Source of the DNA: a virus
Reading direction: 5' to 3' (one strand)
DNA length: 64,000 nucleotides
IMG/VR virus record: IMGVR_UViG_3300045988_162923
The translations under genes and the position numbers were made by a program. Below are positions 1 to 7,602 of this stretch, piece by piece. Numbering within the stretch: the stretch's first letter is position 1; every line of letters starts with the position of its first letter. Under the pieces are notes generated by a model. That model was not told the origin of the DNA and did not search any database. It saw nothing but the letters and a program-made list of their open reading frames with translations.

Positions 1-397
1 ATTGAACTTGGTATTGAAATGTTTGAAATCCTTGATTATTTTTTGTAGGTTCTGTTCTTAATGTAATTTGTTTAGAAGTAGTAATATCTTTAATAGATAT
101 TAACCACATTTTTAAATTCTTATTAACACAGAATAAATAATCAAGCTTAGAATGATTTAATACATTATCATAGATAGAACCTTTTGTTCCTCCAGTTGAT
201 CGTAAATCAATTGAATCATTTTCAGTCTAAGTAGCTTTACACTATACTGTAAAAAACTAATTATCTTTTTCAATAATTAAATCATACCACTAAGTATCAT
301 TAATTGGTAAAGATACTGTATAACCCTAAATAGTAAAATAATTTATTGCCATACTTAATCCAAGTCTACCAATCTATTTTCTGTTAACTTCATTCAT
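1..397 (-). CDS. Hypothetical protein, 5'-partial in window (runs off left edge); contains >=6 in-frame TAG codons (recoded)
   Basis: Minus-strand ATG at 397. Continuous protein-like translation (MNEVNRKQIGRLGLSMAINYF...) only if TAG is read as sense. No standard-code ORF here. Confidence 0.45.
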
Positions 398-538
398 AAC
401 AATTTATCCTTTATACAACCAGTCCGCCGCAATTGACCACTCTGCCACTCTCCCATATAAATAACTTTAGGTAGTTGAACCACACATCCCGAATGAATAT
501 TTTATTTGCCCATTGGATCATTTGTTCTTCTGGCACAA

Positions 539-679
539 TGGCACTGGTGGCTGGATTTGAACCAACGAATACAGGAGTCTGGCCGTAAATAATAGATTTG
601 AACTATTATCTTCCTATTGGATGTAATTCTTTATACTAATCTACGAAAGTCCTGTGCCTTACCGCTTGGCGACACCAGT
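539..679 (-). tRNA. tRNA gene interrupted by a ~66-nt insertion in the anticodon loop (type I tRNA; mature anticodon unresolved)
   Basis: 5' half ACTGGTG-TC-GCC..GGC-A-CAGGA (acceptor, D arm, anticodon 5' stem) at ~640-679. 3' half TCCTG-TATTC-GTTGG-TTCAAAT-CCAGC-CACCAGT-G-CCA at 539-~575. The halves pair perfectly but are separated by an insert that itself folds as a mini tRNA-like unit (CGTAGAT...AATAG-TTCAAAT-CTATT-ATTTACG-G-CCA). Confidence 0.5.
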
Positions 680-975
680 ATAATTAAACAAGACTCTTAA
701 AAACAAAATTACAAAAAATTCTTTAAAAGAGAATTAAACAGTTATTATGTTAAATAATTTGCTGTTACAGAGTCTTAAATACGAGGGAATCCATATACCA
801 CGTAGGTAATATGAATACGAACAATGCCTAATTGTTTAACCCAGACTACATATTAGGAAAAGGGATGGTTCAGGGGAGGTTATCTGTGTCATCTAGACCT
901 CATTTTTTCATTCTAATACCAATCTACTCAGGGAGATCAATCCTTTTCAATTAAATATCTTTAACAGAACCCTGA

Positions 976-1052
976 TGGTCCGGATGACAGGATTTGAACC
1001 TGCGGCATCTTGAACCCAAATCAAGCGCGATACCAAACTTCGCCACATCCGG
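976..1052 (-). tRNA. tRNA-Pro (anticodon UGG)
   Basis: Minus-strand cloverleaf. Acceptor CCGGATG/CATCCGG, anticodon stem CTTGA/TCAAG with loop TTTGGGT, T-loop TTCAAAT, encoded CCA. Confidence 0.65.
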
Positions 1053-1356
1053 ATATAAACTATTTTAATTAAAATAGTTTAAATATTAAATTAAACTTCA
1101 GGATGCCTAATGAAAAATTCAATAAATAATCCTTCATCCTGCTTATCGTCACAGAAAAGCTCAAGTTCATCACCATGCTGACCAAGCAAAGCTCCAAGAG
1201 CAATATACTGAGAAAGCGCAGATTTCATATTATATCTATCACCCTGCGGACTTACAAGCCACACATTACTATGCGCACGATTAACCGCAGCAATAAAATC
1301 TTCAACCTGAGAAATATTTGTAAGTTTCATTGTAAAATTCCTTTCTATTGGAATAA

Positions 1357-1431
1357 TGGTGCCAAAGGTTGGAATCGAACCAACATGACGGAATTATCAG
1401 TTCCGCATACTAACCGTTATATGACTTCGGC
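1357..1431 (-). tRNA. tRNA-Ile (anticodon GAU)
   Basis: Acceptor GCCGAAG/CTTTGGC (one G-U), anticodon stem CGGAA/TTCCG with loop CTGATAA, T-loop GGTTCGATTCC, CCA encoded. Confidence 0.7.
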
Positions 1432-1480
1432 TTATACAAGACAGATTTTTTAACGGCGTTTTATCCATTTAAACTAATCC

Positions 1481-1530
1481 CCGAAATTGGTCGAGGATAT
1501 AGGATTCGAACCTATAATTTCCGGCTCCCA
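1481..1530 (-). ncRNA. tRNA-like 3' fragment (T-arm + acceptor 3' strand) following the conserved promoter/leader; no matching 5' half found
   Basis: Minus strand ...TATAGG-TTCGAAT-CCTATA-TCCTCGA-C. Lies immediately downstream of a consensus promoter and the conserved leader AAGATAAAGAAAGACA. Confidence 0.3.
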
Positions 1531-1580
1531 AAGCAAATATTATTAATTGCTGATACTGTCTTTCTTTATCTTATATAAAT

Positions 1581-1609
1581 ATTATATCATAAAATTTTTA
1601 TAAAATCAA
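1581..1609 (-). promoter_or_regulatory. Sigma70-type consensus promoter (minus strand): TTGATT-17 nt-TATAAT with TGn extended -10
   Basis: Reverse complement of 1581-1609 reads TTGATTTTATAAAAATTTTATGATATAAT. Member of a >15-copy near-identical promoter family. Confidence 0.6.
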
Positions 1610-1613
1610 AAAT

Positions 1614-1690
1614 TGGCACTTCATTGAGGACTCGAACCTCAAACCCTCTAATTAGAAATCAGATGCTCTCGTCCATTGAGCTAATGAAGT
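1614..1690 (-). tRNA. tRNA-Arg (anticodon UCU)
   Basis: Acceptor ACTTCAT/ATGAAGT, D stem GCTC/GAGC, anticodon stem TCTGA/TTAGA (one G-U) with loop TTTCTAA, T arm TGAGG-TTCGAGT-CCTCA, CCA encoded. Confidence 0.65.
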
Positions 1691-1777
1691 ATATACTAGA
1701 CATAATTAAATGGTACGTCATTTACTTTAAAAAAAATGGCAAAATATTTAATGTTTGCTGTTTATGCCTTTTTAATA

Positions 1778-1925
1778 TGGTAGGGCCGGTTGGATTCGAA
1801 CCAACGATTTGGCAATTTGGCCTAAGACGTTAGATTTGAACTTACATCTTTCTTGCGCACAGACTATTCTACCATTTAAACTAGTCTTAGATAAGTTGCC
1901 GGCCTTACCCCTTGGCCACGACCCC
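1778..1925 (-). tRNA. tRNA gene with a ~85-nt anticodon-loop insertion that itself is a CCA-terminated tRNA-like unit (nested tRNA-like element); mature anticodon unresolved
   Basis: Outer tRNA: GGGGTCG-T-GGCC-AAGGGGTAA-GGCC-G-GCAA(c) ... TTGCC-AAATC-GTTGG-TTCGAAT-CCAAC-CGGCCCT-A-CCA. Inserted unit: CTAAGAC...GTAAG-TTCAAAT-CTAAC-GTCTTAG-G-CCA, a perfect 7-bp acceptor-like helix plus T-arm-like hairpin. Confidence 0.45.
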
Positions 1926-1928
1926 ATA

Positions 1929-2525
1929 TTATTCTAAAATTATTTCCTAAGATAATTGAAATTTTTTACTATTTAAATATTTATAATTAGAAGTTAATGA
2001 ATGACAATTAGGACATAATAATTCTAAATTATCCAATTCATTATGGGTTTTATCTCCATCTTTATGATGAATTTCTAATGGACATTTACCAGTAATAGGA
2101 TTTATTTCTCCCCAACCACATTTCTAACACTTATTATCATATTTCTATAATAAATAAGATCTAATATTATCAGAAATTTTATAAGTATTACCAGTCTTTT
2201 TTAATCCATTTTCTTCACCATTATTAACTTTTTCAATATAAATATTTCTTTCATATTCTCGCTAGCATTTTATAGAACAATATTTATACTATCCTTTTTG
2301 AAGTTCTACTTTACAATTTAAGCAAAATTCTTCTTTAGGTTTTATTCTGTTTAAACATCCACAAGATTTAGTCTATCCTAAAGTTAAATGGCTAGTTTGA
2401 ATTTCTTTTTGATTACCACAATCACACTAACAAAGCCAATAAGTATTACCTTTACGACTTTCTACTTTTTTAAGTGCTACTAACTTTCCAAATCTTTGAC
2501 CTGTTATATCTAATGCTTTTGGCAT
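1929..2525 (-). CDS. HNH homing endonuclease with N-terminal Zn-ribbon DNA-binding repeat (RFGKL...YWLC-Q-CDCGN...SCGC); 6 in-frame TAG codons (recoded)
   Basis: Translation with TAG=Q gives ...LDNLELLCPNCHSLTS plus HHKDGDKTHNELDNLELLCPNCH, a classic HNH motif. The ORF is unreadable in the standard code. It abuts the 5' end of the insertion-containing tRNA at 1925. Confidence 0.7.
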
Positions 2526-2645
2526 ATTAAATTCTCCTTTAATTTAAAAATTTTTCTATTAAATATAAAATTTTAATTTACTGAATTAAAATTTTATGTC
2601 CAAAATTTTCAGCTCCTATTTTTTAAATTATTGGAGTATTTAATT

Positions 2646-2720
2646 GGGGTGACTGGTGGAAATTGAATCCACGACCTTCTGAGCCACAATCAGACGTTCT
2701 ACCAACTGAACTACAGCCAC
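2646..2720 (-). tRNA. tRNA-His (anticodon GUG)
   Basis: GTGGCTGTAGTTCAGTTGGTAGAAC...anticodon loop TTGTGGC...T arm GTGGATTCAATTTCCAC...CAGTCACCCCA. Close to the bacterial tRNA-His consensus. Confidence 0.7.
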
Positions 2721-2721
2721 A

Positions 2722-2798
2722 TGGCATCCCTTGAGAGACTCGAACTCCCAATCTTGTGATTCGTAGTCACACGCTTTATTCCATTAAGCTAAAGGGAT
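2722..2798 (-). tRNA. tRNA-Arg (anticodon ACG)
   Basis: Acceptor ATCCCTT/AAGGGAT, anticodon stem TGTGA/TCACA with loop CTACGAA, T arm GGGAGTTCGAGTCTCTC, CCA encoded. Confidence 0.65.
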
Positions 2799-2803
2799 AA
2801 ATT

Positions 2804-2889
2804 TGGTGCCGGTGGCGGGACTCGAACCCGCACGGTGTTGCCACCGAGGGATTTTAAGTCCCTTGTGTCTGCCATTCCACCACACCGGC
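2804..2889 (-). tRNA. tRNA-Leu (anticodon UAA), type II with long variable arm
   Basis: Acceptor GCCGGTG/CACCGGC, anticodon stem AGGGA/TCCCT with loop CTTAAAA, long variable arm, T-loop GGTTCGAGTCC, CCA encoded. Confidence 0.7.
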
Positions 2890-2930
2890 ATATAAGGGAG
2901 AGATTATTTATCTCTCAACCTTACATATAT

Positions 2931-2959
2931 ATTATATCATAAATTTTTTATAAAATCAA
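2931..2959 (-). promoter_or_regulatory. Consensus promoter TTGATT-17-TATAAT (minus strand), upstream of the His/Arg/Leu tRNA cluster
   Basis: Reverse complement reads TTGATTTTATAAAAAATTTATGATATAAT. Confidence 0.6.
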
Positions 2960-4074
2960 ACAAGATACTTCGTTGTAAAATCAGGAGTATTTTTCTGGAA
3001 AGTAACTTCTTTAATACTCTGAGACTCAGCCTTTTTAATTACAGCCTTGCGCTCATCTTCGTCTTCAATCTGCCAATAATCATCAGGATCAACATAAATC
3101 TTAGTATTTTCACCTTTGATATAAAGCTGTCCATCTCTAAAAGTGATTTTGCTAGGAATAATCGCAAACCGCAATCTATTATCACTCTTAGTATCATATG
3201 CGTCATACCATTCATAAGAAGTCTCAGCCAAATCAATATGACGACCATAAGTTGTATATACTTTACCAGAAGCGAGAGTAACTGTCATATTGAAAGTAAC
3301 AGAACTGCTCTGAGTAATATTAAGATCATTTAGAGTTTCTTCAAGGCTATAACCCTGATTAATTTCAAAAACAATAGCACGCAGATAATCATAAGTCATG
3401 TTAATTGTACGAGAGAAATTAACAATGGAATTAATTACTTCATAATAAGCTGGCAACAACTTATCTTTGAGATATTCTCTAATTTCATTTTCTGTTGGAT
3501 AATTAATCATAAAATGATAATGGAAACGACCGGGACGATTAAGAAGATACTCATTCAACTTACGGGTTTCATTACAAGTAATGACAAAAAGTTTCTTGCC
3601 ATTATCAAGTCCATCGAACAAAGAAAGCATTTCTTCCTGCGGATCACTATGCTCAACTTCGCCAAAAGTCTTTTCAAATTCATCAAAAATAACTACGACT
3701 TCCTGTTCAATAGAGCTAAGAAAATTAGCAATACCCGGAATATATTCATTAACAATGATTACCGGCAATCCATTTTCAATAGCCTTTGCCGCAAGGACGC
3801 GAGCAAATAGAGACTTGCCAATACCTTTCTGACCACTTAAAATAATACCAAAATTACGAGTTGAACACTTATAAGATTTAATTACTTTATTTACTTTTGC
3901 TTCATGATTACCGTAAATCTTTTCTTCATTAATCGACAAATCAGGACGAGAAACCAAGAAAAAGCCAGCCATTTTATTAAAGCTAACTTCAAAAGACATA
4001 GTTGGAAGACGCTTATATGTTTTTACATCTTCACCATAAATTTGAAATCGGCTGCCAGCATTAACAACATTCAT
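2956..4074 (-). CDS. AAA+ ATPase (Walker A GQKGIGKS, Walker B VVVIFDEFEK); standard code
   Basis: 372-aa ORF with no in-frame TAG. P-loop and DExx motifs visible. Embedded between tRNA clusters. Confidence 0.7.
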   Translation of the reverse strand: MNVVNAGSRFQIYGEDVKTYKRLPTMSFEVSFNKMAGFFLVSRPDLSINEEKIYGNHEAKVNKVIKSYKCSTRNFGIILSGQKGIGKSLFARVLAAKAIENGLPVIIVNEYIPGIANFLSSIEQEVVVIFDEFEKTFGEVEHSDPQEEMLSLFDGLDNGKKLFVITCNETRKLNEYLLNRPGRFHYHFMINYPTENEIREYLKDKLLPAYYEVINSIVNFSRTINMTYDYLRAIVFEINQGYSLEETLNDLNITQSSSVTFNMTVTLASGKVYTTYGRHIDLAETSYEWYDAYDTKSDNRLRFAIIPSKITFRDGQLYIKGENTKIYVDPDDYWQIEDEDERKAVIKKAESQSIKEVTFQKNTPDFTTKYLV

Positions 4075-4099
4075 AATTTATATTATCCTTTCTTTCTGT

Positions 4100-4190
4100 T
4101 GGCGCTGGGGGTGGGATTCGAACCCACGGGAGTAATTAGCTCACACAAGTTTTCAAGACTAGGCGCTTATGACCACTTGCGCACCCCAGC
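4100..4190 (-). tRNA. Type II tRNA, probably tRNA-Ser (anticodon UGA) - anticodon stem has one mismatch
   Basis: Acceptor GCTGGGG/CCCCAGC, long variable arm, T-loop GGTTCGAATCC, CCA encoded. Anticodon-loop candidate CTTGAAA. Confidence 0.5.
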
Positions 4191-4367
4191 ATATTCAATT
4201 ACTAGACTCGCAGGACTAGAAAATAAATATTAGAAAAGCAAATAAATCACTTTCCTTATTGAAATACAAAGTTTGTCCAATTACTTACTTTAGATTTTCA
4301 TAATATTTCATCTATCTATTATTAGAAAATATTATTAGTAGTAAATTTTTGCAGTTATCAAGTCTAA

Positions 4368-4459
4368 TGGCGCGGAGGGAGAGATTCGAACTCTCGGACC
4401 GGGTTGCCCCGGTCAAGGGATTAGCAATCCCCCGCACTCGGCCTCTATGCGACCTCCGC
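4368..4459 (-). tRNA. tRNA-Ser (anticodon GCU), type II
   Basis: Acceptor GCGGAGG/CCTCCGC, anticodon stem GGGGA/TCCCT with loop TTGCTAA, long GC-rich variable arm, T-loop GAGTTCGAATCTC, CCA. Confidence 0.7.
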
Positions 4460-4727
4460 ATATATGAAAAATAGAGAGTAAAAAAACGATTTGCTTTACA
4501 GAAAGAGGAGAGAAAACAAAACATGACCACCCATCGAAAGGATGCAAAACAGGAAGTTAAAGAAAAACATAAAACAAACTAGATGTAAAAAACTCTCTCT
4601 ATTGAATAGTTTTTTGTTCCTATATATTCAAATATATAGAAAAGAGTAGTCCTTATTCTTTCAAAGGAATCCCAGCAGCCATACAACATCATTATTCCTA
4701 TATGGATCCTCTCGTGCTGTTCTTCAA

Positions 4728-4804
4728 TGGTGGGCAGAGAAGGTACCGACCCTTCACCCTCTGGTTTTTCAGACCAGTGCTCAGACCTCATAAGCTATCT
4801 GCCC
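4728..4804 (-). tRNA. tRNA-Phe (anticodon GAA) with a non-canonical T-loop (GTCGGTA instead of TTCRANN)
   Basis: Acceptor GGGCAGA/TCTGCCC-A-CCA, D stem GCTT/GAGC (one G-U), anticodon stem CTGGT/ACCAG with loop CTGAAAA, T stem GAAGG/CCTTC. Confidence 0.5.
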
Positions 4805-5150
4805 ATAGAGACAAAAAACAAGACACAATTACTTTCAAATATCATTAGAAATATTTAATGGCTGTTTGTGTCTTTTAATCAATTATAAAGCTATTTAAAT
4901 GTACTTAACCGACTTATTAAAATCACTAGACGTAAAAAGATAATATATAGGACTCGAACCTATTCGTTTTAATTTGCAATTAAAATGTGAAACCAAATCA
5001 CGAAAATTATTCTTAAAGAATATTTGCTGAATACGTCTAACATTATAATGCCTTAGAAGAAACGCAACATCTAAGGACTTACATATTATATTTTATGAAC
5101 AAAATAAGACAATCAAATGAAAAATTGGAGACTGTTCAAATGAATTGAAC

Positions 5151-5224
5151 TGGTTGCGGTCGGCGGAATCGAACCGCGTCTCCGGGTTATGAGCCCAGTA
5201 TCCTACCGTTAGAAGACCACCGCA
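5151..5224 (-). tRNA. tRNA-Met/fMet (anticodon CAU)
   Basis: Anticodon stem CTGGG/CCCGG with loop CTCATAA, T-loop GGTTCGATTCC, CCA encoded. Acceptor has one mismatch. Confidence 0.6.
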
Positions 5225-5225
5225 A

Positions 5226-5302
5226 TGGTGCCTGCCTTTGGATTCGAACCAAATATCTCTAGGGTATGAGTCTAGCGCTTGTTCCTCATAAGCTCCACAG
5301 GC
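5226..5302 (-). tRNA. Second CAU-anticodon tRNA (Met or Ile2-lysidine type); imperfect stems
   Basis: Loop CTCATAC flanked by CTAGA/CCTAG, T arm TTTGGTTCGAATCCAAA, CCA encoded. Adjacent to the other CAU tRNA (typical Met/fMet/Ile2 trio in phages). Confidence 0.5.
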
Positions 5303-5409
5303 ATATTTAATTGTGATGGTTATAAAACTTAATCTAATGCAGGCATCAGACTAATAGAACGCTCCATCAAGTTCTATGCTTCAAAATCGCTTATATCGGG
5401 AAAAGCGAA

Positions 5410-5486
5410 TGGCGATGCTAAGGGGACTCGAACCCCTGACCTTCGGAGAGACAGTCCGACATTCTAGCCAACTGAACTATAGCACC
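5410..5486 (-). tRNA. tRNA-Asp (anticodon GUC)
   Basis: GGTGCTATAGTTCAGTTGGCTAGAAT...stem TCGGA/TCCGA with loop CTGTCTC...T-loop GGGGTTCGAGTCCCC...CCA. Confidence 0.6.
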
Positions 5487-5489
5487 ATA

Positions 5490-6169
5490 TGGTCAGCGCA
5501 AGGGGGATCGAACCCCTACATTCTACCTTTGGTGTTAAGTATAAGATTTGAACTTACATCTTTTCGTACTCTTCTTTTAATCGTTTTATATTTTTACCAT
5601 TTGTAGTATCTAATTGTTGATTGCAATTAGGACAAACCCATCGAAGATTTTCTAATCTATCATCATGATTATGACCATTGACATGATCTAAAATCAAAGT
5701 CAGAGGTTTATCCTACCAAAAAGGTTCTTGCCCGCAAATAGAACATATATAAGGAGTATATTCTCCTTGTAAATAATATTTTCTTAATATTTTCTAATCT
5801 GCGGTAGAATTTTCAATAAAGATATTAGATGGATTTCGTTTTATAGGACGTCTATTTCCTAAAGAAAAATGGTCAGTTGATATATTCAACTAATCTATTC
5901 TTTTTCTAATACGAGTTCCATTATCTCCACTATGAGAACTATATCCTAATTTCTTAGCAACTTCTGCCATAGAACCACTGGATATTACAATTTCTTTAAA
6001 CTATTCATTAGTAAAAGTATCAATTTTTGCTGGCATTTTAAAAATCTCCTATCATTTTTTCTATTATATTTGATTTTTAAGACGCCATCCTTAAAAGAAA
6101 GTGTCCAAAATATTCTTCTTAAACTAACCTAACGAAAGGGTAGTGACTATACCTATTTGTCTATGCGCC
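5490..6169 (-). tRNA. tRNA gene split by a ~610-nt anticodon-loop insertion that contains a complete HNH endonuclease gene plus a tRNA-like mini-helix
   Basis: 5' half CGGCGCA-TA-GAC..GTC-A-CTACC-(ctttcgt...) at 6113-6169. 3' half (..ccaaa)-GGTAG-AATGT-AGGGG-TTCGATC-CCCCT-TGCGCTG-A-CCA at 5490-5530. Anticodon stem CTACC/GGTAG and acceptor CGGCGCA/TGCGCTG pair. The loop begins with the same CTTTCGT as the 539-679 insertion-tRNA. Confidence 0.45.
5554..6036 (-). CDS. HNH homing endonuclease (LDHVNGHNHDDRLENLRWVCPNCN), 4 in-frame TAG codons (recoded); located inside the tRNA anticodon-loop insertion
   Basis: MPAKIDTFTNE-Q-FKEIV... with HNH motif H-x-NGHNHDD...N...CPNC. Continuous only with TAG as sense. 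Confidence 0.65.
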
Positions 6170-6238
6170 GTTAAAAATGTGGGACTTTTGGCGGGAGGCT
6201 CCCACGGGACCTCAGCCTTTTGGTGGTGTAAAAGGCAT

Positions 6239-6314
6239 TGGTGACCCCAGACGGATTCGAACCGCCATCTTAACCTTGAGAGGGTTACCACCTAGCCAAT
6301 TAGTAGATGGGGCC
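6239..6314 (-). tRNA. tRNA-Glu (anticodon CUC) - tentative
   Basis: Acceptor GGCCCCA/TGGGGTC, anticodon stem TAACC/GGTTA with loop CTCTCAA, T-loop GCGGTTCGAATCCGTC, CCA. Confidence 0.55.
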
Positions 6315-6317
6315 AAA

Positions 6318-6500
6318 TTAATTATCAGAAACTAAATTTCTTGACTTTTCTTTTTCTTGTGCGCGTTCATATTTCATTCCCTTACCTTTTTTCGCAGGAG
6401 TTCGAGAACCGCGCCGTTTAAACATCATATATTCTTGAAGTTCATCAGGGCTTTTCTTAAAGATGCGTCTATCAATTTTCTTCTTGGTATTCATTTCCAT
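6318..6500 (-). CDS. Small basic protein (60 aa, K/R-rich)
   Basis: ORF from the track. Composition plausible for a nucleic-acid-binding peptide. No homology claim. Confidence 0.3.
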   Translation of the reverse strand: MEMNTKKKIDRRIFKKSPDELQEYMMFKRRGSRTPAKKGKGMKYERAQEKEKSRNLVSDN

Positions 6501-6618
6501 ATTCCTCCTTCATAAGTCTACACCATTCAAGGAACTGCCATTCAAATTCATCGGATTGGATTTGAGTATCAAAGTCATTGAACATCTTTTTAAATTCCTT
6601 TCTTAACTTTGTAAAAAT

Positions 6619-6648
6619 ATTATATCATATTTTTTTAAAAATGTCAAA
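6619..6648 (-). promoter_or_regulatory. Consensus promoter TTGACA-17-TATAAT (minus strand)
   Basis: Reverse complement reads TTGACATTTTTAAAAAAATATGATATAAT. Confidence 0.6.
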
Positions 6649-6673
6649 AAGAATTTAATATGCTAAATCCTTT

Positions 6674-6757
6674 TGGTGCTCAGAGTGGGACTTGAACCCA
6701 CACGTCTTTCGACAATCGGGTTTGAGCCGATCGCGTCTGCCATTCCGCCACCAGAGC
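6674..6757 (-). tRNA. tRNA-Leu (anticodon CAA), type II
   Basis: Acceptor GCTCTGG/TCTGAGC (one mismatch), anticodon stem ATCGG/CCGAT with loop CTCAAAC, long variable arm, T-loop GGGTTCAAGTCCC, CCA. Confidence 0.65.
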
Positions 6758-7087
6758 ATATCACATTTCGGCGGTTCCGGACCCGCCAAGGCAGTATCAC
6801 CTTAAATAACTTTTATGTCCCCTCTTAAAAAGTCATTCACAAAAAAGCTGGCTTTATGGTTAAGCCTTACCCTCTTTTCCATTTTTCCTTTTGCGTAAAG
6901 CAGTCCAAACAATCAAAAGAGTAAGCATAAAAGATAGCTCCAAGTGATTTATAGACTAACTTGATAAGTCTCGCAGCATCACATATTTTCCAAGTAACTA
7001 ATAAGGTTTAGCTGCCATTTTTCATAAATATAATCTATAATAATAATCCTATATTACATTATGGGCGATTATCATTCCCGTTCTAAT

Positions 7088-7165
7088 TACCATTACCTCA
7101 TTTGGATTCGAACCAAAAACTCCACCCTCTACTGGGCGGCGTGTTTCCATTACACCATAAGGCTT
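7088..7165 (-). pseudogene. tRNA-like sequence with intact T-arm but unpairable acceptor/anticodon stems and no U33 (probable tRNA pseudogene or non-canonical tRNA)
   Basis: T arm TTTGG-TTCGAAT-CCAAA present. Anticodon region CAGTAGA/AGTAGAG ambiguous. No CCA. Confidence 0.25.
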
Positions 7166-7230
7166 ATTAGCAACTTATTTACATAACGATGGAGTTGCCA
7201 ACCACCGGATAGTACAAAGATATCGGCTTA

Positions 7231-7306
7231 TGGTACCGGCGAAAGGACTCGAACCTTCAGATTAATGATCCTAAATCATTCGCCTATGCCATTCGGCTAC
7301 ACCGGT
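7231..7306 (-). tRNA. Type I tRNA with anticodon UAG (would decode CUA, a Leu codon, despite lacking the long variable arm of bacterial tRNA-Leu)
   Basis: Acceptor ACCGGTG/CGCCGGT (one G-U), anticodon stem AATGA/TCATT with loop TTTAGGA, 5-nt variable region AATCT, T arm GAAGG-TTCGAGT-CCTTC, CCA encoded. Confidence 0.55.
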
Positions 7307-7527
7307 ATATGGTGGAAAGAAGTATTTCACCTTTTATAGCGCGCTTCTCCCCGTTCCCGCGCTACCCCTCTCCCAATTAGCTTGATTATGAGAGGATTTT
7401 ACTATGAAGTTCATCATAGTTACCCGATTTCCCTTTGCCTCAGTTTATTTTTAATTGGTCTATTGCCAACGGCAGGTGACTAATCTACCTAGTTCAAACC
7501 GGAAACCCCATGTATAAGACCAATAAT

Positions 7528-7602
7528 GGCGGATACAGAAGGGCTCGAACCTTCGACCCACGGTTTAACAGACCGTTGCTCTGCCAACTGAGCTATGCAT
7601 CC
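7528..7602 (-). tRNA. tRNA-Asn (anticodon GUU)
   Basis: GGATGCATAGCTCAGTTGGCAGAGC...stem ACGGT/ACCGT with loop CTGTTAA...GGTTCGAGCCC...CCA. Confidence 0.7.

Noticed and set aside
1175-1453. Plus-strand track ORFs in the tRNA region (1175..1453, 1624..1833, 3904..4233, 5376..5606 etc.)
   Set aside because: They run antisense through tRNA genes or through the AAA+ ATPase gene. They have low-complexity translations and no RBS, so they are spurious.
3039-3832. Nested small ORFs inside the AAA+ ATPase gene (3039..3248, 3514..3810, 3581..3832)
   Set aside because: They are alternative-frame artefacts of a long, well-supported minus-strand gene.
4640-4810. GC-rich structured region first suspected to be tmRNA or another ncRNA
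   Set aside because: It resolves into a single 77-nt cloverleaf (tRNA-Phe GAA) with an encoded CCA. No tmRNA-like tag reading frame or pseudoknots are evident.
7231-7306. UAG-anticodon tRNA as the amber suppressor
   Set aside because: Anticodon 5'-UAG-3' pairs with the CUA codon, not UAG. A suppressor would need anticodon CUA (plus-strand signature TTTAGAG/TTTAGAA), which I did not find.
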